Part shown: piece by piece, positions 39,560 to 50,397 of the stretch
How the letters are laid out: each line of letters starts with the position of its first letter
Numbering within the stretch: the stretch's first letter is position 1
Assembly (NCBI RefSeq): GCF_030144855.1
Contig: NC_082711.1
Span: forward strand, 166,036,001 to 166,100,000
DNA length: 64,000 nt
Direction of reading: 5' to 3'
Origin: Hypanus sabinus
Lineage: Eukaryota
Notes under the pieces: model-generated
What the model was told of the DNA's origin: nothing
The model's input: the letters and a program-made list of their open reading frames with translations, nothing else
Databases searched by the model: none
Made by a program: the position numbers and the translations under genes

Positions 39560-40392
39560 GTGCAAGCTGAGAATGAAATAAGGACCGAGCATCCCTGGTC
39601 GATTAGTGGACGTGGGGAGAAGGAAACAAACTAAGAAAGGACGGTTGGCCCTGACTCAGCGGACCGAGCACATATGGATTCCGTGCTGCATCTCCCTCGG
39701 GTCCAAGCCAAGCGGCTTGTTTCGCCTCTATTGAATAAAACACGTGCTGTCTGGCCCGCTGTGCGGTAACAGCGTTGCCTGCCTTGCTCCGGTTCGCAAG
39801 CCGCTCCGAGGCGGCCAAGTGGGGGAAGGGAAGGGGAGCCAGGAAAGAAAAACGCGCGAGGGGCCGCCTCGCGCGCCAAGCTCCGTGACGTCAGAGCCTC
39901 GGCGCGAGCAGCATGCCTCCTTACCAGAATACACCAAAAGTCGGGAGGGAGGGCCGCGAGCGAGAATATAGTAGGCTTCAAAAATTCAAAGCTCGATGAA
40001 ATCGGTCTTCCAGAGCTCTGGTCGCCAAAGCGACGACGTTGTGCTGGAAAAGCTTTTTTTTAAAAAAAATAGGAAGCCGCACTCTTTTATTGCTATGGTA
40101 GACATCCGCCGGTTCGGCACTACTTTCGGACGCCGCACTCCCCGGGAATGAGTTAAGGGGAGCGGCCGCCATTTTGTTGTGATCTTGGAGCGTGGAGGTC
40201 GGCAGTTTGAACCGACACGTTGTGGCCGAAAGATTAATTAGTCAGCCCATTTTCTTTTACTCTGCGATTTACACGTAATTGTTTTAAAATCTGCAACCTG
40301 TTTGCGCTGCCGGAGTCGCGTGAACACCTCGCGTCTATTTTTTTTCGCACCTAGCTTAAGCCACACCAACCGTCGGGCTGGAGGGGAACGGA
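39560..40392 (+). promoter_or_regulatory. SRSF1 CpG-island promoter and 5' UTR
   Basis: CRE TGACGTCA (39886-93), YY1 GCCGCCATTTTG (40165-76), E-box CACGTG, TGACTCA; a second YY1 site in intron 1 (41416-25). Confidence 0.75.
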
Positions 40393-40589
40393 ATGCAGAA
40401 CCACAGCGGTGTGATCCGTGGGCCGGCAGGCAACAACGACTGTCGAATATACGTGGGCAACCTGCCGCCGGACATCCGCACCAAGGACATCGAGGACGTC
40501 TTCTATAAGTACGGCAGCATCAGGGACATTGACCTGAAAAATCGCCGCGGCGGCCCGCCCTTCGCTTTCGTCGAGTTCGAGGACCCGAG
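40393..40589 (+). CDS. SRSF1: Serine/arginine-rich splicing factor 1, exon 1
   Basis: [36 protein letters not shown]...[10 protein letters not shown](R); donor AG|GTAGGG. Confidence 0.98.
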
Positions 40590-41769
40590 GTAGGGCCGCG
40601 TGGGCAAATGTGGCTTCCTCTTCCGTCGCCCTCTCCCTCTCCCGCTCCACACACACCACCATTCCCCGGCTCCGGCGCTACTCCACCCCAGCCGCGGGTC
40701 TTCCTGGCCCGCAGCCATCCAGCGTGACCCGCGGCATCGACTCGGCGGGGCGACCCTTGTAGTTTCTACGGACGTGTCGGGAATTACATTCCTTGCTCTC
40801 CTCGACTTTGCTTTCGGGGTGGGGGGTTGTGATCAGTGCAGTTGCAAACTCTCCAGGGGCTGGTGCGATCTACTTGCATCTTCGGTTATCGTAGGGTGGA
40901 AACGCCACGGGGCTTGTTTAACTTACAACTTTTCGGGGGTAGAGAGGTATTGGTCCCGTTGCAGTTGGATTTCTTGACCGCTGTGGGGGCAGGTAACGGG
41001 AATCAGTTTGTAACCACAATAATGCAGAAAGTGCTTTTCTGTGATTCCCGGGGCTGGGGGAGGGTTCAGTGCCTTTGTATGGAATCGTTCTCTTCAGTAG
41101 GGGTATAATCATTCATCCTGCCGGTTTAACTCCCGGAGGAATTGCATTTGGTGCAGCTTTGTATCTTTCTAAGCAGTGGAGGCGTCCTTTAAGAGGGAGA
41201 CCCGCTTGATAAAATGCTAATGGTGCTACCCGTTGGGTTGGTGTTTCTGAGATGTATTTAGGATCTAATGTGGAAAATGAATGGTTTCCACGGTGAGGTA
41301 TAGGCCGGCGAGGCTGTTTTTAATCCACGGTACGCCGCACACGCAAAGTAACCCGCTCGTTCAGAGGATTTTTTTATTTTAAATTTAACCTATTGGTTGT
41401 CTGTTAAAGTCTGAACGCCATTTTGCTGGAGGAGAAAGCGCGCCACGCAGCCCTTTTGTTTAGCGAGGATTTGCTGCAGAGCTAAGTGAGCGGGAGAAGA
41501 CTGCATGCTTTGGGGACAGACGCAAGATCCAGTGGAATTTACAGGAAAAACACGGGATTCAGTAGCGTGTTGTTGGCTGATCATGGATTGATCCGAGGCA
41601 TGTTGTAGACCACATGGATATGGTTCTCCAAAATAAGTGTTCAGAGCGATGGGAATTTACCATGATAATATTTTGGCAGTGTATCTCTTTTATTAAATAT
41701 GGCCCATCATCACAATGCTTGTTCGTTGTCAATTTCCGAGAGAATTTCAGCATTTCGCTGTACTTTCAG

Positions 41770-41954
41770 AGATGCCGAAGATGCTGTATATGGTCGCGAT
41801 GGTTACGATTACGATGGCTACCGTCTGCGTGTTGAATTTCCACGGAGTGGGAGAGGGACTGGAAGAGGAGGTGGTGGTGGTGGAGGTGGCCAAACACCAA
41901 GGGGAAGATACGGACCCCCCTCTAGGCGTTCAGAGTACAGAGTGGTGGTTTCAG
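41770..41954 (+). CDS. SRSF1: SRSF1 exon 2 (185 nt)
   Basis: [29 protein letters not shown]...[13 protein letters not shown]; tttcag| and |gtgaga. Confidence 0.98.
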
Positions 41955-42039
41955 GTGAGATTAAGACCTCAGTAATATTTTCATGGTTTTGTTTTTGAAT
42001 ATCAGCTATTAAATTATTGCAAATTAATTCTTTTTCCAG

Positions 42040-42212
42040 GACTTCCTCCCAGTGGTAGTTGGCAGGATTTGAAAGATCACATGCGGGAAGCAGGTGATGT
42101 ATGTTACGCTGATGTTTTTCGTGATGGGACTGGTGTCGTGGAGTTTGTTCGCAAAGAAGATATGACCTATGCAGTACGAAAGCTGGATAACACAAAATTC
42201 CGATCACATGAG
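42040..42212 (+). CDS. SRSF1: SRSF1 exon 3 (173 nt, pseudo-RRM with SWQDLKD)
   Basis: [21 protein letters not shown]...KFRSHE; ttccag| and |gtatgt. Confidence 0.98.
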
Positions 42213-42639
42213 GTATGTTACCTAATTCTGAAAGGCTTAAAGATGATCACTAACAGCCATAACTTAACTGTTCATTTGGAGCTTCAGGTAAGGCAAAGGA
42301 ACAACAAGGAATGGCTCAAGAAAATGGGTTTCTGTTTATGGCTAATACAACTATCTTACATTTACTGTGCTGATTGGCCCTTTACATTTTGTAGAGTCTA
42401 ATGTGCTGGTTTTTATAATTAAACCTTTTTTTTTGTCTTAATGAAAAGTTAACAGATTACATCATTCTTGTTAACATGCCTTAAGTTGAAAAGCAAACTA
42501 TTTTGGTTGAAAGACACCATTGAATGGTATAAGGACATAACTCTTTGTCTGAAGAAATAAACATAGTACTAGCCTTATTCAGTGGCTTTTGTGGATTACA
42601 TTTGAAAGTAGTGAACATTTTTCTTCACATATTCAATAG

Positions 42640-42834
42640 GGAGAAACAGCATATATCCGTGTGAAAGTTGATGGTCCAAGAAGTCCAAGCTATGGAAGAT
42701 CTCGTTCACGTAGCCGCAGTCGAACCAGAAGCCGTAGCCGAAGTCGCAGCAGAAGCCGTAGTTACTCTCCCAGACGAAGCAGAGGATCTCCCCGCTACTC
42801 ACCCCGTCATAGCAGATCGCGTTCTCGTAGCTAG
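42640..42834 (+). CDS. SRSF1: SRSF1 exon 4 coding part (RS domain; total CDS 750 nt, 249 aa)
   Basis: caatag|[25 protein letters not shown]...[12 protein letters not shown]. Confidence 0.98.
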   Translation, partial: GETAYIRVKVDGPRSPSYGRSRSRSRSRTRSRSRSRSRSRSYSPRRSRGSPRYSPRHSRSRSRS

Positions 42835-43249
42835 ATTGTAAATCCATTGCTGGAATTTCTTGTAGAACATCACCACTCTTTTCCTTAAATAGAATGGATT
42901 CTTTATTTTTAAATCCACGTTAACTTGTTTTATTCAAGTTTAGTACACACTTTAAACTGATACCACATAAAGAGGGTTGAGTCTCTTTTGTTAACATTCC
43001 CTCGTCGTTACTGAAATCTGATAATTGTATAGATAGAATAGGGTTGGAGTTTGGGAAGATTTCAAAATGGTGTCAACATGACATGAATTAACAGTAAACT
43101 GTTGCGGTAATTTGTTAATGTTTATACTTCATTTGAATTGAATAGATTCTAATGTAAGAATTGTAGGAGGCAATGTAGGTAGGGCTGTTGTGAAACATGT
43201 TTGTGAAAACCTTGTACCTTATCTTACCTTTTCATGTATCTTCCTATAG

Positions 43250-43383
43250 ACATATCTCAACTGAGGATGGATTAAGCATTCTTTGGATTAAAGGATTGTG
43301 GAGCTCATTTCAGTCATATTAGGAATGTCAAATCGTGTCTAATTGGAGGAGGAGGAGGAATCTGATCATTTATGGAGGCAATG
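43250..43383 (+). promoter_or_regulatory. SRSF1: SRSF1 3'-UTR alternative exon (134 nt), conserved regulatory element
   Basis: Acceptor tcttcctatag|ACATATCT; donor ATG|GTATGA; 12 GGA triplets; closely resembles the recalled human 3' UTR. Confidence 0.8.
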
Positions 43384-44221
43384 GTATGACTCCAAGTGCT
43401 ATTGTCACAATTAAACTTGGCAGTATTGAAGTTGTGCTTCTCTTTTGTACAAAAGTTGTATAATCCATAAACTATGGTGTTACTGTGTTGCATTACAAAG
43501 TTCTGTGCAGCATCAATACTGCTGAGCTTGCATGTTCTGTGTGACTAGTCTGGCATTGGTTTTCACCATTTTGAGCAGAAATCCCATTAAATAAAACTTT
43601 ACAAACTTCTAAAGGAAATAAAAGTAAAATGGCTGACTCTCAGCAGTTTTGGTTACCTGGATTGAAAATACATCAATTTAATTTGTAATACAGTTAAGTG
43701 GTGAATTACATGTATAGTCCGACTCAATTACTAGATTTCACTGGGTAACTAGAAATGAAGGTGTTGATGAAAGTAAATACTGCACCAGTAAATTTTGTTC
43801 TAACTGAAGTACATGTAGTAGATGCTATCAGGGCTTGAATTGAAATCCACTAGTCCAACATCATGTCCTTTGTTTCATTTGCATTCTAAGAAAATAGCAG
43901 TATCTATAGACATACTTTAATGTAGCTAAGTGTAATACTTGTATCATGTGCCCATTCATGGGTTACCATGATGTTGGGTTAGTGAATACTTAACTACAGA
44001 AGTAAGCTGTCATTTTTAATGGTATTGTGAAATAAAAATTCTTGTTAAAATATGTAACAGCTTTCACATTGTAGGGATGTGATGCAGTTTGTGCTGTTCA
44101 TCTGTCAAAGCATCTGTATATATTGACAAGATGACGGCTATGACTGTCCCATCCCATATAAACCTTGTTGTTTGTTGTATCTAACGTTTGCCTCCTTTTT
44201 TGGTTTTGCTGGTTATTAAAG
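43384..44221 (+). other. SRSF1: SRSF1 3'-UTR intron (838 nt; removal predicted to trigger NMD)
   Basis: GT...AG, branch point ctaac 44181-85, pyrimidine tract; junction 549 nt downstream of the stop. Confidence 0.8.
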
Positions 44222-44620
44222 GTTTGGATTGGAGAGGGCTCATTGGATCCCAATCCTTGGAGCTGGATCTTTGGATTCAATTCATTGTGAGGATAGGATA
44301 GGGAGGATCATAACATGGATTCATGGAGCGGGATCATATTACCAGGAGCTGTAGGAGTGGATTCCTGCCCCAAACAAACCGTGTATTTGTGGATTTTTTT
44401 TTGTTTCCTGTTTTTGTTTTTCCCCTCATACCAAGAATTGGCTATTCGAAAAGCCCTTCCCTTTTATTTTTATCAGTTGGATTCCAAAGGATGCCCCGTG
44501 GGATTGGCAATTTTTTTTCTTTTGCCTTTTATCGTAAATGGAGTGAACCCAGGACCAGGAGAGGTACGCTGGAGCAATCTCCTTGGATGGATTCAACGTT
44601 CAGGATTTGGTAACAATTTA
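44222..44620 (+). promoter_or_regulatory. SRSF1: SRSF1 distal conserved GGA-rich 3'-UTR element
   Basis: 16 GGA in 44222-44361; resembles the recalled human sequence GTTTGGATTGGAGAGGGCTCA..GGATCCCAATCCTTGGAGCTGGATC. Confidence 0.8.
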
Positions 44621-44779
44621 ACAAGGGTGATATCTAACTTTTTTGTATCTTATTATGGGGTGTTTGTTAAAGTTATGATTTGGCTATGCATTCTAAATTT
44701 AAGGGAATAGACAAAACTGATTTATTTTTGGCCCAAAAGAATAATGTCTCAGACTTTAATGTTTAACATCCATTTTGAT

Positions 44780-44785
44780 AATAAA
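44780..44785 (+). other. Candidate SRSF1 poly(A) signal (others at 45244 and 45505)
   Basis: First AATAAA after the conserved element, followed by U/GU-rich sequence. Confidence 0.55.
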
Positions 44786-47700
44786 TTACTTTTTAATTGT
44801 ATGCTTGGATTGATTATTTTGTGGACAGATGTTTGGCTTCCATTTTATGTAATTTGTCAGGTAATCCCAAAACTGTTCACACCAAAATGCTGTAAATACT
44901 ATACATTTTATATATATTCCCATTCATAACAAATTTTATTATCACATTGCAAATTCGTATTCTCAAATTTGGTTAATTGACGAGGGTGTATTGTATTAGT
45001 ATTAAGTTTATTGTGCTGGAACCTGCCAGTAGCTTCCAGTTTTAATTCTTTTGTCTGCATCATAACTGAAATGGAACAATTAACAGGTAATTAAGTTAGT
45101 CTACAATAGTGTGTATTTCCACTACTAAATTGTTAACCTTTTTCAGAGTAATCACTTTACAGCTCAAGTATATTAGAATGTAATAATGGATTTTCCTAGT
45201 TTGTCTATCAAAAAAACTTGCCACGTGGATGGTGATTTCTAAAAATAAAGATGGGGATGATCATTTTTGGGTTAATTTTCATTTGCTGCAGAAAAATTGC
45301 TACTTTTGTTAACAAAGGGATGGAAAAGTAGAATGTGATGTGTTGCCATTAGTTGTCCCTAAAGCACTTAGTTAAAGTGCAGTAGAGACATCTTGTGGTT
45401 AGCATCATTTGTGTACATTGTATGCTCTCTCCTTGACATTAGATAGCACGACCGAGATTAAGTGTAATAGCAGAACACAGTGAGCAAAGAATGTTGTGAA
45501 TTTTAATAAAGGATCAACAAAGCTGTTGCTGTTTTTTTTAATTTTGCCTTTCATTGCAATAATTATTGACCTCCATTTATACACTACCTGTGTTAAATTT
45601 TACAAATGGCACTTTCCCTCTGTAGAAAGGTCATCGTTGTCCCTTTCATCTTCAGTTATATTCATTGCTTTTGAAATAGAAATTATTGCCCCCAAGATAT
45701 GTATTTTAACAAAACATTCAGTTGAGCTACATGAGCCACTTGCTCTAAATTTTTACCCTTTTTGTAATTCAACACCCTTGAGTTCAGATGTATGCTTGGT
45801 TGTGTTTCCGTTGCTGTCTTTAACTATATTGGATGATGTGTGGTCGTTCAGACTTGATTGTTTCATGCCTATTTCGATGCCAAATTTCCATCAAGGATGA
45901 AATTTTCATGGCAGGGTAGTAAACCAACCTTGCATTTGCTTGCGAATCATTTGTTACCAATGGTTAGTTTCATATTAAGGCACATACATTTTAATTCGAG
46001 ATGCATCAGGAATTTAAATATTTAGGCTTTCCCTAGTGCTCAAACAAAATTAGTGTGCTCATTCTGGTAGCAGTTAAGACAGTGTCATTGACATAATTAA
46101 ATAAATCCTTATTGAATTTCTTGAGTTGGTTTACGTATTTCACAAACATAAGAAACTAGCTCTCTCTCGGGTGATTCCCAACATTTACTGTCCTCTTGTG
46201 TTATGCCCATTTGTGATCTGAGGCAGCAGTTATCAATTGCTTGAAATCTATGTTGGAATTAAAACATAAGTTTTGACATGCACTTTTCCTTGGTTTGGCA
46301 GTTGAGATGTTTTCCAGACCATTCTGTACATGTTCTTGGTGCTATCTTAGAAACCCTGTGTAGTTTCTGCTATCCAGGAAGTATTGTTTTGGTCTTTGGG
46401 GTGGGGGAGGGCCATTTAGAGATTGACTTGTATCTATTTTTGTCACAATTTCGTTATGTCTATTCTGAACTTGGCCCCTTTGAAAGTTTGAGGCATTGTT
46501 TCCTAAATTACAGAATTGACCAACCAGAGAGAAAATTTTCAAGTTGGATTGCTATTCCATTTGTGTAGTATTCCTAATGTTGTATCCACCTCTTCTCACA
46601 TCTACTAAAAAAAAATTGTCTCTAGGATGTATACCTGGCATCTAATCTTACAGGCATCCATATAATTAAGATGATCTATGTCCAAGATATGTTTTTGCTT
46701 GTATCACTGATCCTTCAAACCACCTCAAGCATGTTCAATAGTAGTGTTAACACAGTTAAATCTGAAGGACTTCATTTGATTGGACTAGAAATGGCGAGAA
46801 AAATGCCTCCAATGCAAAACATTAAGGCTAAATTCTGTCCAATGTAACTAATGTCTGCAGTCAAAAAGGAAATTCTTTGCTTGGGGGATTACTTCCAATG
46901 ACAGTAGTTCAGCTCTGGAACCAGATATTAAAGTCCTTTTGTATTCAAAATTGATTTTCTGAGTTTAGTTTGAGAGATTGAACCTAAACTTAAAGGAAGG
47001 CGGAGCTTTATTTTGTTATTTTATTGACCACAAGGCTTCAAAGTATGAATGCTTTGGGGGGGGGGGCAGAGGCAGTGCAAGTGGTTCAACTAGTTACTAG
47101 ATAAGGCGATGATCTCAGTGAATGGTTGCAAATAGATATATAAGATTGCTGCCTTTGAATTATAGTTTAGTTACTCAGTATAAATGTTTATTGTGGTTTT
47201 ACTCTTTTGGGACTTTTTTTTGCAGGTGTCATGGATGGATATGACCATGTGCTCCATGTAGTTGATGCTTGGTGACGTTAACTGACGGATTAACAATTGT
47301 GACGCAATTACTGGGAATTTTGATAACACCATTTGGTTGCCAGGAAATTGAATCACATCTAGAAGGATAACTAGTAGTGAGGTAGATTAAACAGCACAGA
47401 TAATGAACATTTGAAAACATTGCCTGAACTGAGATCAGTGCAAAATTTATTTATATTACTCCTTTAAAAAGTTTTGAGACTTTGAATTGGCAAGTAGCTC
47501 TTAACAATTGCAGAAGTCTAATTATGTGGGTGTTGCATCATGGCATTGACAAAAATATTTTGGGAGAATTAAGTCTTTCAAAGCATGAAGCAGAAGACTT
47601 CAATCACAAGTACCTTTTCCTCTGTTGACTAATTCATTGCTCCTTTAAAAAAAATCACCTCTATAAGAGGTAACAAATTTTAACTTAGAGTTTTTGGTGT

Positions 47701-49802
47701 TGCACGTTTGAAAACTTGTAAGTGCCCATTGAATAGGTTTTAGTTTCAGGATTTTTGAATATTACTAGAACATCTACAGGGAGAAATTCAGAAGCAATCA
47801 AATGTCCTAGAAACATTGATATTTTGAATTTGCTAAAACAATATTCACAAGTAGATACAAATCTCACATACATTCTCAAGCAAAAAGTTCAACTTCAATG
47901 TCCATTGTTCCCTGTGAATTTTTTAAGTAGTTCAATGAGTTTAATTGTCAGTATTGCTGCTGAAGCAAACTATGTTTGCTGGGTTTCTATAGGCACAAAT
48001 ACATTGCCTTATGAATCTGCAGAGGGAGAAAGAAAGTGATATTTTTAGAGGTCATGCACTTTAAAAACACTCGACATGTTCTATAGTAATATAAAGGTGT
48101 TTACAAAAAAGTTACACATCACAAATCCCCTGAATAAATAATTACTGGAGTTAAACTAATTTGGAGCAATGCTTTCACCAGCTGAACCTTGTTTGTGTGA
48201 TTAATAATGCTGTGGTCATTTGAAAGTATTTTGTGACTAATTTTTGCTCTTCCATCACTTAGACTCACTCCTATTCCATCTAACCTAATTCAAAAGAAAC
48301 TCCAAGAGATAGAATCTACGTAGTTCCTACCTTAGATCAATATTATAGAGTACTGGATCTGTGTGCCTTTAAGCAGTGATGCTGGAAAAGTGCATTTTTC
48401 ATTGATTTTTTTTACCTAATGAACAATTGTCTGAGACTTGACTACCAGTGGAGTATGCAAATGTGCATGTTACATCTAAAACCAGCTAGTAAAGTGGCAG
48501 CAACTAGCAACATGCTTGCTATGATTTGAAAGAACTACTTTTGGTGTCTAAATATAGAGCACTTAAAAACTTGGTAAATAGAACCATAGATTTGCATTAA
48601 TATTTACTTTAAAGCTGCTTTGCATGCAAGAACTGTACATCCAAGCAGTTATAGTAACTTGGCACTGGTACTGTGTTTTGAAAGCAACGACATACCAAAG
48701 GGTGAAGTGGTAAGATCACACGTTTAGAGGAACTGGAAACTTGAATATTCCAAGACCACTGAAGATTGTGATGGGTAAATAAGATCATGCTGACAGCTGT
48801 AGGTCGCAGTGCTGGGTTACCACACCTGAGGGGATAGTGCTAGTGAGTGAAGTGATTTATGAGCACTAGGGGTCACAGGCAATGAAATTTTTAGAAGGGG
48901 AGCAAAAAAGAATGGAATAGAACAACCTGTGACAAGCCTGGACTTCATTGGCAAAGAGGCTGCGAACTGGAGAGCGCACTTGAGCTGACCACTAGAAGAG
49001 CCATAATTCAGTTTAGTTTTGACGAACTAATACTGTGAGTGACTTGGCATCCACATACTTTTTGGACCATATCATATGGATGCTTTATCTTGTCTGGAGA
49101 ATGAAATGTTCTTTTGGATTCCTGAGAAGGAAAATGGCATTGGTCTGGAAAGCAAGTTGGGTACTTTGGCTTGTTACAGCTAACCGTCAAAAGTTGCTAT
49201 GCACCTTTGATGCAGTCTGTTGTGACTACCTTTCCAGAATGTTATGAATAAATTTCTCAGGCTTCCTGAATTTATTTGTCATACACATTGAGAATGCACT
49301 AGATCCTTTCTCTAAGCTGAAAGGAGTCAAAAGTCAGCGTGTCATTGGAGTTCTATTCCACCAATTGCAATGGTGAATACTATTTCTTAACATGGGTTGT
49401 CTGACTTCATATTTTACTCAAAATATTGTGAATGCTTCACAATTGTGTCAGAATTTCAGCATTGATATTTGGATAAAATTCAGAGACGACATTATATAAG
49501 GTAGCTTCCCACAACATTGCAAGTGAACAATGTTGATTTTATTTTAAGAGCATTTTGTGACATTTCAAGAATTGGAATAATTTAGTAATACATGGGTTAC
49601 CTTCAAGTATAACAGTGTTGTACTTGCATAACTAAGCTGTGGCTGGAAAAATGCCTGAATTTCACCTTTTTTATTTTTTTTTTGAAAATGGGGCACCAAA
49701 CAAAATTGTGGAAGATGCAGATGCTCAAGGGATCTTAGGAAATGATAAATTAATGGCATTTTACAGAATTAGTACTGCCAACTGACAGCACTTACAGGTA
49801 CT

Positions 49803-50397
49803 TGTCCATGTGGTTTACTGATAGTAAAAGGGGGCAATCCAGGATAATGAAACTTGATTTACATGAGTATGGTTTGTTGTATGTCACTTAGACTCTGTAA
49901 ATATAAGTTGTTATAATTTACAAATGGGGTGAGGGGAAAATGAGTCTTAGTTGACTAGGTGGTTTTGGTAAAATCAAATGCACCTTCCAGGCTCTTATTT
50001 TATATTTGCTGTTAGTCTTAGGCATGAAGTTTACTCAACTTTGGGGTCTAGAGATAGATTGGCTAAATAGCTTTGTTTCTTGCATTTCGGAATGAGGCTT
50101 CTAGATAGGTGGTATTTTAATTCCTCATTCTTTTGTTCTTGGCTTACTGGAGTTTTTGAATGAAGCCCAGGATACCGTCAAAAATTTTTTTGGTTTCAAC
50201 TTGTCCTTGTTTACTATCCCCTTCCGACCACCCTGTCCTGAGTTACTCATTCTTCTCCCCCCCCCACCTCTTAAAATTATAACAACTTAAAAGATTTATA
50301 AACTGAGTTTAGATGACATGCAACAAACCATACTCATGTAAAACAAGTTTCATCATCCTGGATTGCGCCCTTTCACTATCAGTAAAGCACATGGACA
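49803..50397. repeat. Long inverted repeat (arms ~49803-49919 and 50274-50397)
   Basis: Core 49803-49886 versus 50314-50397 is 78/84 identical in reverse complement. Confidence 0.9.

Noticed and set aside
39603-41112. Many overlapping ORFs around SRSF1 exon 1
   Set aside because: CpG-island and antisense artefacts
44315-44710. 131-aa and 96-aa ORFs in the SRSF1 3' UTR
   Set aside because: Explained by the GGA/U-rich regulatory sequence; no coding signature
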